DNA of 64,000 nucleotides, from contig OY970174.1 of assembly GCA_963707795.1 (NCBI GenBank), forward strand, positions 2,277,833 through 2,341,832, given 5' to 3'. This document shows positions 48,091 to 58,741 of the stretch, piece by piece. Made by a program: the position numbers and the translations under genes. Source of the stretch: an uncultured Acidobacteriota bacterium. GTDB lineage: Bacteria > Acidobacteriota > Vicinamibacteria > Vicinamibacterales > UBA2999. How positions within the stretch are numbered: position 1 is the first letter of the stretch; each line of letters opens with the position of its first letter. The notes under the pieces are model-generated. The model did not search any database. It saw only the letters and a program-made list of their open reading frames with translations, and had not been told where the DNA came from.

Positions 48091-50463
48091 ATGGCCGAAT
48101 CGTCTCCTCCCCCCGTCTTTCCGTCCGAACTCCCCGTGCTCCCGCTCCGGCGCACGGTGGCGTTTCCGCTGACGCTGCAGCCGCTGGCGGTCAACCGGCC
48201 ATTGTCGGTGGAAGCGGTCAACGCGGCGCTCGCCGGCGACCGGCTGATCCTGATGCTGCTGCAGAAGGGCGATGCCGACGAACCGGGCCCGTCCGACCTG
48301 CACGAGATCGGCGCCATCGGCATCGTCCGGCAGATGGCGCGCGGCCCGCAGGGACTCAACATCATCGTCGAGGGCATGGCGCGCGCGCGCGCCACGACGA
48401 TCGCGCTCGAGTCGGGGATGCTGCGCGCGCAGCTGACCCTGGCGCCGGAGCAGGTCGACTCCGGGGTCGAGGTCGATGCCTACATCCGCCGCATCCAGGA
48501 GCTGGTCGATCGGGCGCTGTCGCTCACCTCGGGCCTGGCGCCGGAGGTCCGGCAGCTGGTCGCCGGGATCGACGACCCGATGCGGCTGTCCTACCTGCTC
48601 GGCACGATGCTCGATCTGAAAGCCGAGGAGAAGCAGCAGCTGCTCGAGACCGATCCGCTGCCGAAGAAGCTCGAACTGGTGCATTCCCTGCTGACGCGCG
48701 AGGTCTCGGTGCTCGAGCTGAAGGGCAAGATCGAGTCGCAGGCGCAGCAGGAGATGACCGACGCGCAGAAGCAGTACTACCTGCGCCAGCAGATGAAGGC
48801 CATCCAGGAGGAGCTCGGCGAGGGCGAGGGCAACGAGATCAAGGACCTGCGGGCACGGGTGGCCGCCGCGGCCCTGCCCGATCACGTGCGGGTGGTGGCC
48901 GATCGCGAGGTGGACCGGCTGGCGCGCATGGGTGCGGCCTCGCCCGAATACCAGATGATCCGGACCTACATCGACTGGATCCTGGAGCTGCCGTGGGACA
49001 CCAGCACGCCCGATCGGCTCGATCCCGTCGAGGCCCGGCGCGTGCTCGACGAGGATCACTACGATCTCGACAAGGTGAAGGAGCGCATCGTCGAGTACCT
49101 GGCGGTGCGCAAGCTCAAGGGCGACATGAAGGGCCCGATCCTGTGCTTCGTCGGGCCGCCCGGCGTGGGCAAGACGTCGCTCGGCCAGTCGATCGCACGG
49201 GCGATGCAGCGCAAGTTCGTCCGCATCTCGCTCGGCGGCGTGCGCGACGAAGCCGAGATTCGCGGCCATCGCCGCACCTACATCGGATCGATGCCGGGCC
49301 GGATCGTGCAGGCGCTCAAGCAGGCGGGCGCGTCGAACCCGGTCTTCATGCTCGACGAGCTGGACAAGATCACCGTCGGCTACCAGGGCGACCCGGCGTC
49401 GGCGCTGCTCGAGGTGCTCGACCCGGCGCAGAACAACACCTTCCGCGATCACTATCTCGAGGTGCCGACCGACCTGTCGAAGGTCCTCTTCATCGCGACG
49501 GCGAACCAGATCGGCCCGGTGCACCCGGCGCTGCGCGATCGCATGGAGATCGTGTGGCTCTCGGGGTACACGGAAGAGGAGAAGGTGAACATCGCCCGGC
49601 GGTTCCTCATCCCGCGGCAGCTGGCCGAGCACGGGCTCGCGATCGACGCGGTGCAGATCTCCGACGAGGCCCTGCGCGGCGTGATTGGCGAGTACACCCG
49701 GGAAGCCGGCGTGCGCAACCTCGAGCGGCTGATCGGGACGATCGCGCGCAAGATCGCGGCGCGGGTCGCGATGGACGGCAGCGCCGGCGACACCGCGGTG
49801 GAACCCGGCGAGCTGGAAACCTACCTGGGACCCGCCCGCTTCAAGCGCGAGGTGGCCTTCCGCACGTCGCGGCCGGGCGTGGCGACGGGCGTCGCCTGGA
49901 CCGAAGCCGGCGGCGACGTGCTGTTCGTCGAGGCCAGCCTGCTGCCCGGCGGTCGCGGGCAGTTCATCCTGACCGGGCAGCTGGGGGACGTGATGCAGGA
50001 GTCGGCACGCGCCGCGGTCAGCCACATCCGCGCCAACGCGCGGGAGCTGGGCGTCGATCCGGATTTCCTGGAGAAGCGCGACCTGCACGTGCACGTGCCG
50101 GCCGGGGCCATTCCCAAGGACGGCCCCTCGGCCGGGGTCACGATGGCGACCGCGATCCTGTCGGCCGCGCGCGGCGAAGCCGTCAACCAGGACGTGGCGA
50201 TGACCGGTGAGATCACGTTGAGCGGCCTGGTGCTGCCGGTGGGCGGCATTCGCGAGAAGGCGCTCGCCGCCCGGCGCATGGGGCTGCGCATCTTCGTCCT
50301 CCCGGCCCTCAACGAGCCCGACCTCAAGGAGCTGCCGGAGGAGGTCCGCAAGGACATGCGGTTCGTGCCGGTGGAGACGCTGGAAGAAGTGCTGAAAATC
50401 GCGCTGCCCGCACACGAGCCCGCCGCCGCCGTCCCGGCCGTGGCGGCGCCCGAAACGCTCTGA
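48091..50463 (+). CDS. lon: ATP-dependent Lon protease
   Basis: Internal ATG of ORF 47890..50463. LON N-domain, Walker [10 protein letters not shown], catalytic PKDGPSAGV. Confidence 0.95.
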   Translation: MAESSPPPVFPSELPVLPLRRTVAFPLTLQPLAVNRPLSVEAVNAALAGDRLILMLLQKGDADEPGPSDLHEIGAIGIVRQMARGPQGLNIIVEGMARARATTIALESGMLRAQLTLAPEQVDSGVEVDAYIRRIQELVDRALSLTSGLAPEVRQLVAGIDDPMRLSYLLGTMLDLKAEEKQQLLETDPLPKKLELVHSLLTREVSVLELKGKIESQAQQEMTDAQKQYYLRQQMKAIQEELGEGEGNEIKDLRARVAAAALPDHVRVVADREVDRLARMGAASPEYQMIRTYIDWILELPWDTSTPDRLDPVEARRVLDEDHYDLDKVKERIVEYLAVRKLKGDMKGPILCFVGPPGVGKTSLGQSIARAMQRKFVRISLGGVRDEAEIRGHRRTYIGSMPGRIVQALKQAGASNPVFMLDELDKITVGYQGDPASALLEVLDPAQNNTFRDHYLEVPTDLSKVLFIATANQIGPVHPALRDRMEIVWLSGYTEEEKVNIARRFLIPRQLAEHGLAIDAVQISDEALRGVIGEYTREAGVRNLERLIGTIARKIAARVAMDGSAGDTAVEPGELETYLGPARFKREVAFRTSRPGVATGVAWTEAGGDVLFVEASLLPGGRGQFILTGQLGDVMQESARAAVSHIRANARELGVDPDFLEKRDLHVHVPAGAIPKDGPSAGVTMATAILSAARGEAVNQDVAMTGEITLSGLVLPVGGIREKALAARRMGLRIFVLPALNEPDLKELPEEVRKDMRFVPVETLEEVLKIALPAHEPAAAVPAVAAPETL

Positions 50464-50466
50464 CGC

Positions 50467-51615
50467 GTGCCGGGCGTCGTCTTCTACGTCTCCGGCCACG
50501 GGTTCGGGCACGCGTCACGCCAGATCGAACTGATCAACGCGCTGCTGGCCGGCCGGCCGGCCCTGCCGATCGTCGTACGCACGGCCGCGCCGCGGTGGAT
50601 GTTCGACCTCACCATCCGCAGCGCCCCCGGATCGCCCGCCCCGCGCCACGAGCCGCTCGAAACCGACACCGGCGTGATTCAGATCGACAGCCTGCACCTC
50701 GACGAGGCCGCCACGGTCCGCGCCGCCCGGGCCTTCATGCGCACGTTCGACGCGCGCGTCCACGCCGAAGCGTCGTGGCTGCGGCGTGAGGGCGCCGCGC
50801 TCGTCGTGGCCGACATTCCCGCGCTGGCTGTGGCCGCCGGCCGCGCCGCCGGGATCCCCGTCGTCGCAGTGGGCAACTTCACCTGGGATTGGATCTACGC
50901 CGCCTATCCCGGCACCACGGACCTGGTCGCGGCGATTGGCGATGCCTACTCGGGCGCCGAGCTCGCACTCCGCCTGCCCATGCACGGCGGCTTCGAGCGA
51001 TTCCCGGCCATCGTGGACCTGCCGTTCGTCGCCAGGCGGTCGGCGCGGAGCCCGCGCGACACGCGCGCGGCACTCGGGACGCAGGCCGGCGAACGCCTCG
51101 TGCTGGTGTCGTTCGGCGGCTACGGCCTCGACGGCCTGGACCTGGCGACGCTGAGCCGGCTCGAGGGGTACACCGTTTTGACGACCGGAACCGGACCGAC
51201 GCGCGAGGGTCTGCACGCGGCGCCCGCGTCAGGCCGGCGGCCGCTGGTGAAAGACAGCCGCGGAAGCCTGCGCGTCGTGGACGAAGCGGCGATGTATCAG
51301 GCGGGTCTCCGCTACGAGGACCTGGTGGCGGCCGTGGACGTGGTCGTGACCAAGCCGGGCTACGGCATCATCGCCGAATGTCTCGCCAACGACACCGCCC
51401 TGCTGTACACGCCGCGCGGGCATTTCGTCGAATACGACGTCCTGGTGGCGGAGATGCCGCGGTTCCTCCGCACGGCGGCCATCGATCATGGCGACCTGTT
51501 CGCGGGATCGTGGCGGGGTTATCTCGACGCGCTGGTAGCGCAGCCTCCCCCGCCCGAGCGCCCGGCGGTGAACGGCGCCGAGGTGGCCGCGACGATGCTG
51601 CTCGCCATGCTGTGA
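50467..51615 (+). CDS. GT-B-fold glycosyltransferase-like protein
   Basis: 382 aa. N-terminal FYVSGHGFGHASR and C-terminal VVTKPGYGIIAE motifs. Starts 3 nt after the lon stop. Confidence 0.55.
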   Translation: MPGVVFYVSGHGFGHASRQIELINALLAGRPALPIVVRTAAPRWMFDLTIRSAPGSPAPRHEPLETDTGVIQIDSLHLDEAATVRAARAFMRTFDARVHAEASWLRREGAALVVADIPALAVAAGRAAGIPVVAVGNFTWDWIYAAYPGTTDLVAAIGDAYSGAELALRLPMHGGFERFPAIVDLPFVARRSARSPRDTRAALGTQAGERLVLVSFGGYGLDGLDLATLSRLEGYTVLTTGTGPTREGLHAAPASGRRPLVKDSRGSLRVVDEAAMYQAGLRYEDLVAAVDVVVTKPGYGIIAECLANDTALLYTPRGHFVEYDVLVAEMPRFLRTAAIDHGDLFAGSWRGYLDALVAQPPPPERPAVNGAEVAATMLLAML

Positions 51616-51679
51616 TCGGCGCCGGCGGTCCCGGCGCGCGGACGACAGCCGGCGCGGGATTCGCCGGTATGATGGCACC

Positions 51680-52960
51680 ATGATGAAGCGACGAACGTTC
51701 CTGAAGACCGGCCCGCTGGCCGCAGGCGCGGTCGGCCTGACCGCGCTGCCGAGCGTCGCGGCGCAGGAGGCGCCGCTGGCGCCCTCGCTCGCCGCCCTGC
51801 AGTCGATGCGCCACCTGGCCCGGCCGATCACCGCCGACGAGCGGCGCGGGCGGATCGACAAAGCGCGCCGGCTGATGGCCGAGCACAAGCTCGACGCCGT
51901 CCTCCTGACCGGCGGCACGTCGCTCGTCTATTTCAGCGGCATCCAGTGGGGCTTGAGCGAGCGGTTGTTCGCGATGATCCTGCCGTCGAAAGGGCAGCCC
52001 TTCTTCGTGTCGCCCGCCTTCGAGGAAGAACGCGCGCGCGAACAGATCGCCAGCGGCCCGGTCGGCGCCAACGCCGACGTGCGCACGTGGGAGGAGCACG
52101 AGAACCCCTACGAGCGCGTGGCGCAGGGACTGCGCGACCGCGGCATCGCGGGCGGCCGCCTCGGAATCGAGGAAACCGTCCGCCACGTCTTCAGCGACGG
52201 GGTCGCCCAGGCGGCACCCACGCTGACCCTCGTCAGCGGGACCCCGGTGACAGCGGGCTGCCGCATGACCAAGGACGCGCACGAGCTGGAGCTGATGCGC
52301 CTGGCGTCGCAGGTCACGCTGAAGGCCTACGAAGCGGCGTACAAGGCGATGAAGGAGGGGATGACGCAGCGCGAGTTCGCGGGCCTGGTGGCGCTGGCGC
52401 ACCAGCGGCTGGGTTTCAACGGCTCGGCCGGCGTCCAGGTCGGCGAGTACTCGGCCCTGCCGCATGGGTCGATCGCGCCGCAGGTGATCCGCGAGGGGAC
52501 CATCCTGCTCATCGACGGCGGCTGCAGCGCCGAGGGATACGCCTCCGACCTCAGCCGCACCTTCGTGCTCGGCAAGGCCACCGACAAGATGAAGTCGGTG
52601 TTCGAGATCGAGCTCGCCGCGCAGACGGCCGCGCTGAAGGCGGCGCGGCCGGGACTGCCCTGCGAAGCCGTCGACGCCGCCGCGCGCAAGGTCATCGTCG
52701 ATGCCGGGTACGGTCCCGACTACAAGTTCTTCACGCACCGCGTCGGCCATGGCATGGGCATGGACGGTCACGAGTGGCCCTACCTGGTGCGCGGCAACAA
52801 GCTGCCGCTGGCGCCGGGCATGACGTTCAGCGACGAGCCCGGCATCTACATCCGCGGGGAGTTCGGGGTCCGGCTCGAGGACGACATGGTGATCACCGAG
52901 AGCGGCGCCGAGCTGATGACGCCCCAGAGCCGGTCGCTCGAACAGCCGTTCGCGTCCTGA
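51680..52960 (+). CDS. M24 family Xaa-Pro peptidase with Tat signal
   Basis: MMKRRTFLKTGPLAAGAVGL twin-arginine leader. Pita-bread motifs HGSIAP, IDGG, HRVGHGMGMDGHE, SDEPGIY. Confidence 0.85.
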   Translation: MMKRRTFLKTGPLAAGAVGLTALPSVAAQEAPLAPSLAALQSMRHLARPITADERRGRIDKARRLMAEHKLDAVLLTGGTSLVYFSGIQWGLSERLFAMILPSKGQPFFVSPAFEEERAREQIASGPVGANADVRTWEEHENPYERVAQGLRDRGIAGGRLGIEETVRHVFSDGVAQAAPTLTLVSGTPVTAGCRMTKDAHELELMRLASQVTLKAYEAAYKAMKEGMTQREFAGLVALAHQRLGFNGSAGVQVGEYSALPHGSIAPQVIREGTILLIDGGCSAEGYASDLSRTFVLGKATDKMKSVFEIELAAQTAALKAARPGLPCEAVDAAARKVIVDAGYGPDYKFFTHRVGHGMGMDGHEWPYLVRGNKLPLAPGMTFSDEPGIYIRGEFGVRLEDDMVITESGAELMTPQSRSLEQPFAS

Positions 52961-52963
52961 GCG

Positions 52964-53479
52964 GTGACCGATCCCCCGGCCGCAGATCCGGCGATGGTCC
53001 CGGCTGAGGGCTGGATCCCCGTACAGCCGTTTCCCTCGACCCCGTCCGCGCGGTCGTTCGTGTCGGGCCCGGCGGCGGGTGAACGCACCCGCGTGCGTTA
53101 CTACCGGTCACCGCCGAGCGACCACCTGTTCGCGTGCGTGTGGTTCGGGCCGGGCAGCGAGGGCCCGCCGGCGTCGGTGCACGGCGGCGCCATCGCGGCC
53201 GTGCTCGACGAGGCGATGGGGGCCGCCTGCTGGATGAACGGCCACCCCGTCGTCGGCGCCCGCATCACGATCAATTACGTGCAGCTCACGCCCGTGGGCT
53301 TCGCCGGCCACGTCGAGTCGTGGATCGAGCGCATCGAGGGCCGCAAGATCTTTCTCGCCGCGCGTCTCACCGACGGCGCCGGTGCAATCTTCGCCCATGG
53401 CGACGCACTGTTCGTGATGCTGCCGCCGGCGATGATGGATCGGATGGATCGCGACCGGGGAACGTCCGGTCCCGCGTGA
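52964..53479 (+). CDS. PaaI-family hotdog-fold thioesterase
   Basis: 171 aa. VHGGAIAAVLDEAMGAA motif. Confidence 0.7.
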   Translation: MTDPPAADPAMVPAEGWIPVQPFPSTPSARSFVSGPAAGERTRVRYYRSPPSDHLFACVWFGPGSEGPPASVHGGAIAAVLDEAMGAACWMNGHPVVGARITINYVQLTPVGFAGHVESWIERIEGRKIFLAARLTDGAGAIFAHGDALFVMLPPAMMDRMDRDRGTSGPA

Positions 53480-53491
53480 GCCTCCTGGCGC

Positions 53492-54187
53492 TCAGGCCTT
53501 GAGGCAGGTGACGAGCGTCCACATCTTGAAGATGTTGACCTTCTCGATCGAGATCGGCGTCAGCTCCGCCTGCGCGAGGAACGCGCCGAGGTCGAGGTCG
53601 GTCTTGAAACCGATGTGCACGGTCAGCGGCGAGATCGCGGTGTCGAAGCGGGAGAGAATCGGGTGCTCGCTCTTGAAGTGATTCAGGATCACGATACGGC
53701 CGCCGCGACGACAGACCCGGCGCATCTCCTGCGCCACGCGCACCGGGTCGGGCACGACGCTGATCAGATAGGGCGCGTACACGATGTCGAACGACTCGTC
53801 CGGGAAGACCATCGCCGCCGCGTCCATTTCGGTGACCCGGCAGTTGCGCAGCCCCTTCCTGACGATGCGGTCGCGGGCCTTGTCGAGCATCGGCGTCGAC
53901 AGGTCGATCCCGGTGATGGCGCAGCTGGCGGGATAGAGACCGAGATTGATGCCCGTGCCGACGCCCACTTCCAGCACCGAATTGCCGGGCTGGATGTTCA
54001 TGTGTTTGATGGCTTCGAGGCGCCCGGGGTGGAGGGTCGGGCCGAAGACGACGTCGTAGACGTTGGCCAGCTTTTCGTAGACGCGTTCGACGAAGTGGTT
54101 CTCGACCACCGTGACCGAAAGCGCCCGTGTCGCCGCGTCACCGCTCAGGCTGTCGGATCGCTCCCGCTCAGTGTCGAATAGCGCCAT
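53492..54187 (-). CDS. class I SAM-dependent methyltransferase (PmtA-like)
   Basis: 231 aa. VLEVGVGTGINL motif I. Overall layout resembles Rhodobacter-type phospholipid N-methyltransferases, but the functional call is tentative. Confidence 0.7.
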   Translation of the reverse strand: MALFDTERERSDSLSGDAATRALSVTVVENHFVERVYEKLANVYDVVFGPTLHPGRLEAIKHMNIQPGNSVLEVGVGTGINLGLYPASCAITGIDLSTPMLDKARDRIVRKGLRNCRVTEMDAAAMVFPDESFDIVYAPYLISVVPDPVRVAQEMRRVCRRGGRIVILNHFKSEHPILSRFDTAISPLTVHIGFKTDLDLGAFLAQAELTPISIEKVNIFKMWTLVTCLKA

Positions 54188-54352
54188 TCTAGGTACCTCA
54201 GCTTCGATTCCGTCTGCCGTGTCCGGGTGCTCGGTGCCCTGCGGCGCAATCGTCCTAAGCCGGACGGCACTATATCAGATATGTAACAGGCAGCCGGCCG
54301 GGCCGGAACCGCGGCTCCCGGGCGCGATCCCCCTGCCCCGGGGCGCGGCTCG

Positions 54353-56212
54353 TCACGCGTCCGCGAGCCCGTCGAGAGTCCGCAGCGCCAGGTCGAGCCG
54401 GCCGGACGGGGTGGAAATGTGGAGTCCCTGCACCATTTGTCGCAACTCGCCGGCCAGTTCGCGCGCGATTTCCACGCCCCGCTCCTCCGCCGCCGCATCC
54501 CCATCCGCCTGCTTCATCCGTTGCAACAATGCGTCCGGAACGGTGACGCCGGGCACCTCGTTGGCCATGAACTCGGCGTTCAACACACTTTCGAACGGCC
54601 ACACCGCGGCGACGACCGGGATCGGGAAGTCCCGGGTCCTCTCGAGGAAGCGCTCCATGGCGCGAATGTCGAAAACCGGACGCGTCACCGCGTACTCGGC
54701 GCCCGCCGTGACTTTGTACTCGAACCGACGCAGCTCCGCGTCGAGGTTGTCCGCCGCCGGATTGACCATGACGCCCACGTGGAACGCCGTCGGCGCGCCG
54801 ATCGGCTGGCCGCCGACGTCGAGGCCGTGGTTCAGGCGGGTCAACAGATTGGTCAGGCCAATCGAGTCCACGTCGAACACCGCCGTGGCGTCGGGGATGT
54901 CACCGAGCGTCCGCACGTCGCCGGTGATCCCGAGCAGGTTGCGCAGCCCCATCGCGTGCGCGCCCAGCAAATCCGACTGGATCCCGAGCAGGTTCTTGTC
55001 GCGGCACGAATACTGGAGCAGCGTCTCGACGCCGGCCTGCTGCTGCACCAGCACCGCCAGCGACAGGGCGCTCATGCGAGCGCCGGTGCGCGGCGCATCG
55101 ACGATCGTCACCACGTCGACGCGGCGGGCGGCGAGCGCCTTGGCGCCGTCGAGCGCCTCGCTCCACGCCAGCCCGCGCGGCGGCGCCAGCTCCACGCCGA
55201 CGACGAAGCGGCCGGCCGCCAGCGCGGCGGCGAGACGCGACTTGTCGCCGCGAGCGACCGGTGGCTGCGCATGCGCCGCCTGCGCCGCCGATGCCGCACT
55301 GCCGTCGGCGTGCCTGGCGGCGCGCGATGCGGCCGGCGCCAGGCGGCGGACCGCTACGCTGATCTGCCGGATGTGTTCGGGCGTCGTCCCGCAGCACCCG
55401 CCGACGAGGCGGACGCCGTTGTCGATGAATCGACGCGCGTACGACGCCATGTACTCCGGCGAGCACAGGTAGATGTTGCGCCCTTCGATGTCGCGCGGCT
55501 TGCCGGCGTTGGGCATCGCCGACAGCCGGGCCCGCGTCACCGCCGCGAGCCGCTCGACCGACTCGAGCATCGGCGCCGGTCCGACGCTGCAGTTCACGCC
55601 GACGACATCCGCGCCGCGCTCGAGCAGCACCGGCGCAAACCGCTCCGGCGGGGTGCCGTCCAGGCTGTTGCCGTCTTCCTCCGTGGTCATCTGCGCCACG
55701 ATGGGCAGGCTGCCGATGCGGCGGACGGCGGCAATCGCCGCCCCGATTTCGTTCAGGTCGCGAAACGTCTCGAGGATGAACAGGTCCACGCCGCCCTCGG
55801 CGAGCGCCTGCGCCTGCTCCATGAACAACTCTTCCGCCTCGTCCACCCCGGTCTTGCCCCACGGCTCCACCCGGATCCCCAGCGGCCCGATCGCGCCGGC
55901 CACGAACGCCCGGTCGCCGGCAACCCGGCGGGCCAGGGCGGCGCCTTCGAAGTTGATCGCCCGCACCTTCTCGCTGAGCCCGAACGCCCGCAGCTTGAGG
56001 CGGTTGGCGCCGAAGGTGTTGGTCTCGATCACGTCGGCGCCCGCGCGCAGGTACTCGGCGTGCACGGCGCCGACCAGCTCGGCGTGGGTCAGATTCAGCG
56101 ATTCGAAACAGCGGTTGATGAACACGCCCTTGGCGTAGAGCTGCGTGCCCATCGCCCCGTCGCACACGAGGACCCGCCGGTCGAGCTCGCTGAGGAATGT
56201 CGACTGTCGCAT
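54353..56212 (-). CDS. bifunctional homocysteine S-methyltransferase / methylenetetrahydrofolate reductase (YitJ-like)
   Basis: 619 aa. N-terminal Hcy-binding domain (DGAMGTQL...ETNTFGAN...GGCCGTTPEHI) fused to an MTHFR domain (...RDKNLLGIQSDLLGA...). Confidence 0.85.
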   Translation of the reverse strand: MRQSTFLSELDRRVLVCDGAMGTQLYAKGVFINRCFESLNLTHAELVGAVHAEYLRAGADVIETNTFGANRLKLRAFGLSEKVRAINFEGAALARRVAGDRAFVAGAIGPLGIRVEPWGKTGVDEAEELFMEQAQALAEGGVDLFILETFRDLNEIGAAIAAVRRIGSLPIVAQMTTEEDGNSLDGTPPERFAPVLLERGADVVGVNCSVGPAPMLESVERLAAVTRARLSAMPNAGKPRDIEGRNIYLCSPEYMASYARRFIDNGVRLVGGCCGTTPEHIRQISVAVRRLAPAASRAARHADGSAASAAQAAHAQPPVARGDKSRLAAALAAGRFVVGVELAPPRGLAWSEALDGAKALAARRVDVVTIVDAPRTGARMSALSLAVLVQQQAGVETLLQYSCRDKNLLGIQSDLLGAHAMGLRNLLGITGDVRTLGDIPDATAVFDVDSIGLTNLLTRLNHGLDVGGQPIGAPTAFHVGVMVNPAADNLDAELRRFEYKVTAGAEYAVTRPVFDIRAMERFLERTRDFPIPVVAAVWPFESVLNAEFMANEVPGVTVPDALLQRMKQADGDAAAEERGVEIARELAGELRQMVQGLHISTPSGRLDLALRTLDGLADA

Positions 56213-56286
56213 GGGATTACCGAAGATCCAACCGTCAATGGTACTTCAGGCCTTCGCCGGGCCGCCGACAGCCGCGCCGATGCGCG

Positions 56287-56976
56287 CTATGGCACGTCGG
56301 TGGGCTGCAGCCGCCAGGCGAACGTGGCCGCGTCAACGAGCAGATACGAGCGATTGACCCGGTCCACGCACACCGTGGGAATGCCGGCACGGGTGAACGC
56401 CGCGTGGACGTGGTGGTGGCCGAAGCAGTGCAGCCGCGGCTGCAGGGCGTCGGCCAGGTCCGTGATCGGCGCCTTGCCGACGTCCCGCCGCCAGCGCTTC
56501 GACGGCGCCGTGGACGAGGGCAGGTCGACCCAGAACGGGGTCGGCCCCTCGTGCGTCAGCAGCACGTCCACTCGGCCTGCCGCCCGCGCGGCCTCGACCT
56601 CCTCGCGGACGAAGTGCCGGCGCTTGTCGTCGTTCTTCCGCACCGGCAGCGCCTCGGCGCGGGTGTCGTACCAGGTGGGGGCGTGCGTCCCACCCACGCC
56701 GGCCACGGTGATCGGCCCGGCCCCGACGGCGGTGCCATTGGCGATGTAGTGCAGGTTGGGCACGGTCTCGGTCCCGGCGCGAAACGCGTCGATCCGGTCG
56801 AACGACTCGTTGTTTCCCTTGATCCAGTAGATCGGCGCCGCGGGCCGCGGATACGAGCCGTCGGCGCTCGCCAGATCGCCCACGCACAGCCAGAACGGAA
56901 TGTCGGGGTGACGCCCGAGGATGGTGTCCAGCGCGCGAAAGTTGCCGTGGACGTCTCCGAGGACGCCGAAGGTCAC
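56287..56976 (-). CDS. metallophosphoesterase
   Basis: GTG at 56976 (GTGA overlap with the nuoI stop). GDVHGN, CVGDL, GNNE, LTHEGP, GHHH motifs. Confidence 0.75.
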   Translation of the reverse strand: MTFGVLGDVHGNFRALDTILGRHPDIPFWLCVGDLASADGSYPRPAAPIYWIKGNNESFDRIDAFRAGTETVPNLHYIANGTAVGAGPITVAGVGGTHAPTWYDTRAEALPVRKNDDKRRHFVREEVEAARAAGRVDVLLTHEGPTPFWVDLPSSTAPSKRWRRDVGKAPITDLADALQPRLHCFGHHHVHAAFTRAGIPTVCVDRVNRSYLLVDAATFAWRLQPTDVP

Positions 56977-57398
56977 CGGCCGGACGGCGGCGGGACGAGC
57001 AGCTCGGTCTTGTCCCAGACGAAGTCGTCCTTGCTGTACACCGCCAGCTCGTAGTCCTTGCCCATGAAAATCGCCGACACCGGGCAGGCCTCCTCGCAGT
57101 AGCCGCAGAAGATACAGCGCGTCTTGTGAATCTGGTAGACCGACGCGTAGCGCGGACCGGCCATGACCGACCCGTCGTTCTCCGCCGCCTCGAGATAGAT
57201 GGCGTCCGCCGGGCAGGCCACCGCGCACAGCCCGCACGCCACGCACTTCTCCAGGCCGTTCTCGTCCCGCATCAGCACCTGTTTGCCCCGGTATTTCGGG
57301 AACATCGGGACTTTCTGGTCGGGATAGTTGACGGTGATGGGATTGCGGAAGATGTGCCGGAATGTGAGCGCAAAGCCTTCAACGAGCGGACGGATCAT
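56973..57398 (-). CDS. nuoI: NADH-quinone oxidoreductase subunit I-type 2x[4Fe-4S] ferredoxin
   Basis: 141 aa. CVACGLCAVACP and CIFCGYCEEACP clusters in the NuoI context (TVNYPDQKVPMFPKYRG). Confidence 0.8.
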   Translation of the reverse strand: MIRPLVEGFALTFRHIFRNPITVNYPDQKVPMFPKYRGKQVLMRDENGLEKCVACGLCAVACPADAIYLEAAENDGSVMAGPRYASVYQIHKTRCIFCGYCEEACPVSAIFMGKDYELAVYSKDDFVWDKTELLVPPPSGR

Positions 57399-57406
57399 GC
57401 GTTAAA

Positions 57407-58741
57407 TTGTACCCGACCTTGCCGCAAGATGCTCGGCTCCTGTCTGCCGACCAGTTCCTGCTCGCCACCCTGGTGGGCAAGCTGGCGGTCATGGCCGCGC
57501 TGGCGACCATGCTGGCCCGCTATCGCCGCTTCCGCCACATCCTGATCTTCGAGCGCCGCGACTGGCCCGACCGGCTCGCGTTCGCGCTCGGCCTGACGCT
57601 GCCGCTCGCCCTCGGCGTCGTCTCTCGCCTGCTCCTCAACTACGACGCCGCCGACCTGATGCTCGAGGGCGCGTTCCTCGCCGGGTTGATCGCCGGCCCG
57701 TACACCGGCGCCATCGTCGGTGCGGCGATCGCCCTGCCCGGGTTCGTCGCCAACGAGTGGGGCGCGATCCCGTTCGCCGTCGGCTGCGGGTTCGCCGGCG
57801 GCGGCCTGCGCGAGGCGTGCCCGAAAGAGCACATCTGGAACTTCTCGCCGTTCGTGTTCTTCAGCCTGCCGCGCTACACCTGGCGGATGCTGCGGGAGCT
57901 GACCGTCGAGTGGCAGGTCGTGCTGCTGTTCGTGCCGATCGGCCTCGAGGCCGTCCGCCAGACGGTGGGCCTGCGCTTCGGCGAGCAGCGGCTGTTCTAC
58001 TTCGAGGCCCCGTCGGCGTGGCTGACGGCCATGGTGTACGTCGCGACGGTGCTGACCGTCTCCATCCCGATCAAGATCTGGAACAACGCCCGCATCGAGC
58101 ATCGACTGCAGGAACAGGAAAAGCTGCTGCTGGCCGCCAAGATCGAGGCGCTCAAGAGCCAGATCAACCCGCACTTCCTCTTCAACACGCTGACCTCGGT
58201 GTCCTCGCTGATCCGGTCGCAGCCGGAGACCGCCCGCGCGGTAATCCAGAAGCTGTCGGGCCTGCTGCGCAAGCTCCTGCGCAGCCACGAGCAGTTCGTC
58301 ACGCTGCGCGAGGAGCTCGATTCGATCGACGAGTACCTGGACATCGAGGTCGTGCGCTTCGGCCCACGGCTCGGCGTGCGCAAGGAGATCGCCCCCGACA
58401 CGCTCGACGTCCTGGTCCCCAGCATGATCCTGCAGCCGCTGGTCGAGAACGCGATCAAGCACGGCCTCACCCGCAAGGTCGGCGTCGGCCACATCACGCT
58501 GCGCAGCCGGCGCGACGGCAGTCTCCTCGTCCTCGACATCGAAGACGATGGCCTCGGGATTTCCGACGAGCGGCTGCAGACGGCGATGTCGAGCGGCATC
58601 GGCCTGAGCAACGTGGACGAGCGGCTGCGCGTCATCTACGGCGCCACCGCCCGCGTGGTGCTGCGCGGATCGCCGGGCAAGGGCGCCTGCGCCCACCTCG
58701 AAATCCCGGTGCTCGTCGCCGAGGAACAGGCGACGGCGTGA
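57407..58741 (+). CDS. LytS/YehU-type sensor histidine kinase
   Basis: 444 aa. N-terminal 5-TM Lyt-type sensor, QINPHFLFNTL H-box, LQPLVENAIKHG N-box. TTG start, uncertain. Confidence 0.85.
   Translation: MYPTLPQDARLLSADQFLLATLVGKLAVMAALATMLARYRRFRHILIFERRDWPDRLAFALGLTLPLALGVVSRLLLNYDAADLMLEGAFLAGLIAGPYTGAIVGAAIALPGFVANEWGAIPFAVGCGFAGGGLREACPKEHIWNFSPFVFFSLPRYTWRMLRELTVEWQVVLLFVPIGLEAVRQTVGLRFGEQRLFYFEAPSAWLTAMVYVATVLTVSIPIKIWNNARIEHRLQEQEKLLLAAKIEALKSQINPHFLFNTLTSVSSLIRSQPETARAVIQKLSGLLRKLLRSHEQFVTLREELDSIDEYLDIEVVRFGPRLGVRKEIAPDTLDVLVPSMILQPLVENAIKHGLTRKVGVGHITLRSRRDGSLLVLDIEDDGLGISDERLQTAMSSGIGLSNVDERLRVIYGATARVVLRGSPGKGACAHLEIPVLVAEEQATA

Noticed and set aside
54188-54352. 165-nt spacer upstream of the PmtA-like methyltransferase, considered as a SAM/SAH riboswitch or terminator of the YitJ-like gene
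   Set aside because: It contains CCCGGG/CCGCGG self-complementary segments. I could not fit any riboswitch core by eye. A covariance-model scan is needed.
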